The notes under the pieces: model-generated
The model's database searches: none
What the model saw: only the letters and a program-made list of their open reading frames with translations
What the model was told of the DNA's origin: nothing
Origin: an uncultured delta proteobacterium
GTDB lineage: Bacteria > Desulfobacterota > Binatia > UBA9968
Length of the DNA stretch: 64,000 nt
Assembly (NCBI GenBank): GCA_963728565.1
Contig: CAVSLC010000006.1
Coordinates: 32,001-96,000 of the forward strand
Reading direction: 5' to 3'
Program-made: the position numbers and the translations under genes
In this document: piece after piece, positions 60,472 through 64,000 of the stretch
Position numbering within the stretch: the stretch's first letter is position 1
Layout: each line of letters starts with the position of its first letter

Positions 60472-60888
60472 ATGATAAAGCTAATCGATCAGATGAAGGA
60501 TTTGATCAACAACGCCCTGGAGAATGGCTGTCCTTGTGTTCTCGCCACGGCTGCACCGGACGGTGAGCCCGATATCGGTTTCAAAGGCAGCATGATGGTC
60601 TTTGATGACGAATCCCTGGCATACTGGGAGCGCACCAAGCGGCAGCACTTAAAGAACATCACGGCGAATCCTAAAGTAGTCGTGTTGTTTCGCGACGGCA
60701 AGTCAAAAGCCGCCTGGCGCTTTCACGGACTAGCTGAGGTTCACGAAGCCGGAGCTATTAGAGATCAAGTCATGGCTCGGACTGTCCCGGCGGAGTTGGA
60801 GAAGGACCCTGAGCGCAAAGGCGCAGCGGTGGTCATCAAGCTCGACAAGGTCACTAATATGGCCGGACAGGTTCTACAAAGCCGCTAA
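60472..60888 (+). CDS. Pyridoxamine 5'-phosphate oxidase-like FMN-binding protein
   Basis: LATAAPDGEPDIGFKGS, NITANPKV. Confidence 0.82.
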   Translation: MIKLIDQMKDLINNALENGCPCVLATAAPDGEPDIGFKGSMMVFDDESLAYWERTKRQHLKNITANPKVVVLFRDGKSKAAWRFHGLAEVHEAGAIRDQVMARTVPAELEKDPERKGAAVVIKLDKVTNMAGQVLQSR

Positions 60889-61193
60889 TTCCGGGGACGT
60901 TTCTAGGTTCGTCAGCACTCGGCTGTCTCGACGAATCGCTCCGTAAGACAGGCACCAGCCACTTGCTCTGCCGGTTCTTTGTTCACGCCGCAGGCAGCTC
61001 GCCTGGGAATGCATCCGAACCTTCCATTTAAGCAACCCGTGCCACGGATCGACTGCTGTCCCATACCTGCATCCTTCAGCGAGGAATAAACTATCTGCCA
61101 ATTGCGCGAGAGCGCCGGTGTTAACATTCAGATGCCCTGATCGTCGAAATATCGAGTGGCACAGTCTTGCGCGCTCGGATCAGGAGGAAAATC

Positions 61194-61418
61194 ATGAATC
61201 GGTTAATAGCAAAAAGAGTCTCTGCTCTCGGGCTTTTGACGATGTTGGTAACTGGCGCGGCGGCGTGTGATTACAATAGAGATCGTTACAGCGATTATTA
61301 CCGAGATCGGGACCGCTATGATCGTTACTCAGACCGGGACCGCGATGGGCGCTATGATCGGGAGCGAAATTGGGATTGGCGAAATCGCGATCGCCGCGAT
61401 TGGGACCGGAATAGATGA
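61194..61418 (+). CDS. Small lipoprotein with Arg/Asp/Tyr/Trp-rich low-complexity tail
   Basis: RBS AGGAGG; signal peptide ending AAAC; DRYSDYYRDRDRYDRYSDRDRD... Confidence 0.75.
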   Translation: MNRLIAKRVSALGLLTMLVTGAAACDYNRDRYSDYYRDRDRYDRYSDRDRDGRYDRERNWDWRNRDRRDWDRNR

Positions 61419-61502
61419 TACATCAAACGGCACCTTTGGGGCGTTCGGTGTGCGCTGGTTCTTAACTTTGAATCCTCAACGTCAACTGCATTGGCGCTCG
61501 GC

Positions 61503-62513
61503 TCAATCGAGCGCCAACCCCACCACCTTCGCCGGATTCTTGGTGCATACCGTATAGAGTTCGTCTTGGTTCAAGCCGAAAGCTTCCATATAGCCGCGCA
61601 CCAGCCGCATCGCTTCCACCGAATCAGGAAAGAGAGGTTCCCCGGCATCGCTGGATAGCGTGAAATGCTCCGGGCCGATTTCGCGGATGGTGTTGTACAT
61701 GATCTGCGGGTCGACGCCAAGCAGCGGCGATAGCTCATCCCATGTGAAGTTGAAGAGAATCCCGGTCTTGGAAAGCTCTTTCATCATCTCCGGTGAGACA
61801 TTGAGAAACGGGCTGTACGGATGATCGATGACGGCGCGCGCGAGACCGACTTTATCGACTTCTTCCGCGAGTTTATAGATTTCCTTGTGCGTTGCATGGC
61901 CAAAGAAAAGCGCCACGTTGCGATCGGCGCAAATGCGAACGATATCTCTGACGGCGGGCTTCAGTTCGCCTTTCTCATCTAGATTGTAGTGACCGATGGC
62001 CACTGCTTTGTCCCACGGAACGGGTCCGTGCCAACCGGCTGCGTTATTGCCGTCGATGAAACGTTGGTAGGTCCCAACGGTGCTCAAGGTGATGGCATGG
62101 GTGAACACGGGCAGCCAGATCGCGCTGACGCCCCGATCGATCATTTCACTGACGATGGCGGAAGTAACCGGCGCCATCTGCCGGCCGCACACGTAGGCGG
62201 ACCAGCATTGAACCGGCTCGACTCCTTCCTTTTCCGCCCATCGCTTGACGTCTTCTTGCACATCACGAACAGCTTTAGCCGGATCATCGCCCGGAATGCT
62301 CTTGAACAAAATCCCCTTCATCTCCGCCAGCGATGCGCGCCGGGCCAGGTCATAGGGATTCTGCTGGCCTTCGTGCGCATGGCAATGAATGTCGATGGCA
62401 TCTTTGACTTTTATATGCGGCGGCCGAACTTCGCCGGGTTTGTATTGCGTACGCGCCGCGTAAGAGGTCACGCAGCGTTCATGAGTGGGAGTCGAGACGG
62501 TATGTGTGCTCAT
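61503..62513 (-). CDS. DUF6282-like amidohydrolase-superfamily protein
   Basis: AIDIHCHA, IWLP, FGH, IDHP, LSSDAG, KNPA; RBS GAGGAGG. Confidence 0.75.
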   Translation of the reverse strand: MSTHTVSTPTHERCVTSYAARTQYKPGEVRPPHIKVKDAIDIHCHAHEGQQNPYDLARRASLAEMKGILFKSIPGDDPAKAVRDVQEDVKRWAEKEGVEPVQCWSAYVCGRQMAPVTSAIVSEMIDRGVSAIWLPVFTHAITLSTVGTYQRFIDGNNAAGWHGPVPWDKAVAIGHYNLDEKGELKPAVRDIVRICADRNVALFFGHATHKEIYKLAEEVDKVGLARAVIDHPYSPFLNVSPEMMKELSKTGILFNFTWDELSPLLGVDPQIMYNTIREIGPEHFTLSSDAGEPLFPDSVEAMRLVRGYMEAFGLNQDELYTVCTKNPAKVVGLALD

Positions 62514-62600
62514 ATGTCCTCCTCGAAAGGGCCGTGCATGCGTTGTATCAATGACCGGTTGGTTTGCAAAGCGAAAATTCATCACCGACATAGGATCTGC

Positions 62601-62629
62601 TTGACCGTGGACCTGCGTCTAGCTATTTT
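62601..62629 (+). promoter_or_regulatory. Possible sigma70 promoter TTGACC-17-TATTTT
   Basis: Spacing and position upstream of 62679. Confidence 0.45.
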
Positions 62630-62678
62630 CGCGCAATCAAACGCAACGTCTGAAGAGATGGGCGCAGGAGGATAAAAC

Positions 62679-63677
62679 ATGAAGTTGCGATCGCTCGCGT
62701 TAGTCTATGCAATGTTTGCCGCTGTCGTGATAGAGGGCTCAAATGCGCTTGCCGCGGACAAGCTGCCGTTCATCTATACGGCCAGGGTCATGTCCCAAGC
62801 CTATCCCTGGATTGCGCAAGAAGCCGGATTGTTCAAAAAGTACGATCTGGAAGTGCCGCTTATCTTCGTTACGGCCGGCGCTCCGGCAGTGGCAACGATA
62901 CTGGCCGGCGATAGTGAGGTGACGCAGCAAGGAGCGGCGGCTTTGAGCCGCGCCTTCGTTCAGGGCAATCGAGATGTCGTCTTCATCGGCGGCATTAAAA
63001 GCATACTCACTCATAGTATTATCGCCAAGCCCGACATCAAGAGGCCGGCGGATCTGAAGGGTAAAAGAATCGGTGTGTCACGGATTGGCAGCAACCCGCA
63101 TTATTTTGCGGTTCAGGCGTTGCGCCAGTTCGGCTTGGAGAGCCGGGACGTCAGTTACATTCAGGCCGGCGGCGCGCCCGAGACATTGGCCGCGCTGCTT
63201 GCACAGGGAATCGACGCCGCGGTCTTAACCGTGCCCACCGATGCTCAAGCGCTCAAACTCGGTTATCATTATGTGGTATACGGTCCCGATCTGAATATCG
63301 CCTATGCCGCCACTACCTTCAACACGCGCCGTTCTATCATGGCCAAGCGGGGAACGGTGATCGGGCGTTTCATGCGCGCCATGGCTGAGGCTGCCAAGAT
63401 CATGCACACCGACAAAGAGTTCACTTACAAAATCATGGAAAAATATTTGTTCGTGAATGATAGAAAATTACTCGAAGCCAGCTACAACATCGAGATTAAA
63501 GCGCTAGAGCCGCGGCTTGCGCTCAAGCTTGAAGGATTTCAATCGACTCTGGATGAAATCGCGCCCACCGATCCACGGGCCAAAACCGTGAAGCCGCAAG
63601 AGATGGTCGATACGCGTTATCTCGATGAAATGGAAAAGAGCGGATTCTTCGATCAGATCTGGGCCGGCAAGCGATAG
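62679..63677 (+). CDS. ABC-type substrate-binding protein, NMT1/SsuA-like (close paralog of 50747..51742)
   Basis: PWIAQEAGLFKKYDL; LTHSIIAKPDIK; DLKGKRIGVSRIGSNPHYFA. Confidence 0.9.
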   Translation: MKLRSLALVYAMFAAVVIEGSNALAADKLPFIYTARVMSQAYPWIAQEAGLFKKYDLEVPLIFVTAGAPAVATILAGDSEVTQQGAAALSRAFVQGNRDVVFIGGIKSILTHSIIAKPDIKRPADLKGKRIGVSRIGSNPHYFAVQALRQFGLESRDVSYIQAGGAPETLAALLAQGIDAAVLTVPTDAQALKLGYHYVVYGPDLNIAYAATTFNTRRSIMAKRGTVIGRFMRAMAEAAKIMHTDKEFTYKIMEKYLFVNDRKLLEASYNIEIKALEPRLALKLEGFQSTLDEIAPTDPRAKTVKPQEMVDTRYLDEMEKSGFFDQIWAGKR

Positions 63678-63707
63678 CCATCGGTTCAGCAGCCCAGTGT
63701 CTAGCGC

Positions 63708-63745
63708 AAAAAAACAGCGACCAGGACGTAGTCCGTGGTCGCTGT
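63708..63745 (-). terminator. Intrinsic terminator for the convergent minus-strand gene
   Basis: ACAGCGACCA-GGAC-GTA-GTCC-G-TGGTCGCTGT with A7 on the + strand (U7 on minus). Confidence 0.75.
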
Positions 63746-63780
63746 GACAGCTGTTATTTGGATCTGTTTATTTGTGAATG

Positions 63781-63999
63781 CTAGGCCTGCTGTACGGCCG
63801 TCAGTTTCCAAGCATTCGGACCGACGGGGCGGCTGAATGTCCAGTACTCTTCGAATTGGATCGGCTCGGCGTCACTGCCGGAAACAACCGCACCGCTTCG
63901 ATCGACGGTGTAATCGAGAAGATTAGCATTGAGCCGAACCGTGATGAAATCTTGACCCGATTCGGTCCACGCCTCGGTAATCTCACTGGAGCTGAGCGC
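63781..63999 (-). CDS. Tim44-domain protein, 3' end (starts beyond window)
   Basis: Manual translation: EITEAWTESGQDFITVRLNANLLDYTVDRSGAVVSGS...FEEYWTFSRPVG..AWKLTAVQQA*. Confidence 0.85.
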   Translation of the reverse strand, partial: ALSSSEITEAWTESGQDFITVRLNANLLDYTVDRSGAVVSGSDAEPIQFEEYWTFSRPVGPNAWKLTAVQQA

Positions 64000-64000
64000 A

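Noticed and set aside
61157-61170. Sigma54 promoter TGGCACAGTCTTGC before the lipoprotein
   Set aside because: GG-to-GC spacing is 9, not 10; plausible only if a base is missing.
1-64000. tRNA, rRNA, integrase or transposase genes
   Set aside because: No cloverleaf/T-loop signatures, rRNA motifs or recombinase ORFs were recognised by eye.

Overview
Bacterial chromosomal window of moderately high GC, probably from a metagenome assembly. The gene repertoire (many orphan NMT1/SsuA-type binding proteins, CaiB CoA-transferases, a DUF6282 hydrolase, a UGSC selenoprotein) suggests a Candidatus Binatia/deltaproteobacterium-like organism; this is an inference. Most genes serve organic-acid/aromatic catabolism and transport: an itaconate/C5-dicarboxylate-type CoA cluster, hydroxycinnamoyl-CoA hydratase-lyase with a BbsE/F-like CoA-transferase pair, a TPP enzyme, an ALDH and MFS transporters. 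Highlights: (1) a DAB inorganic-carbon pump operon (dabB-dabA-PII-like) preceded by a promoter, a structured 5' leader and an intrinsic terminator, i.e. a candidate riboswitch/attenuator I do not recognise; (2) a UGSC-family selenoprotein split in the ORF track at an in-frame TGA with a clear SECIS hairpin; (3) several families of intergenic palindromes, both periodic 6-9-nt tandem arms and a ~77-126-bp MITE-like element with co-varying ends; (4) a heavily disrupted NACHT/STAND ATPase-nuclease defence gene. Isolated single frameshifts in several otherwise intact genes may be sequencing indels. No tRNA, rRNA, CRISPR array or intact transposase was seen.
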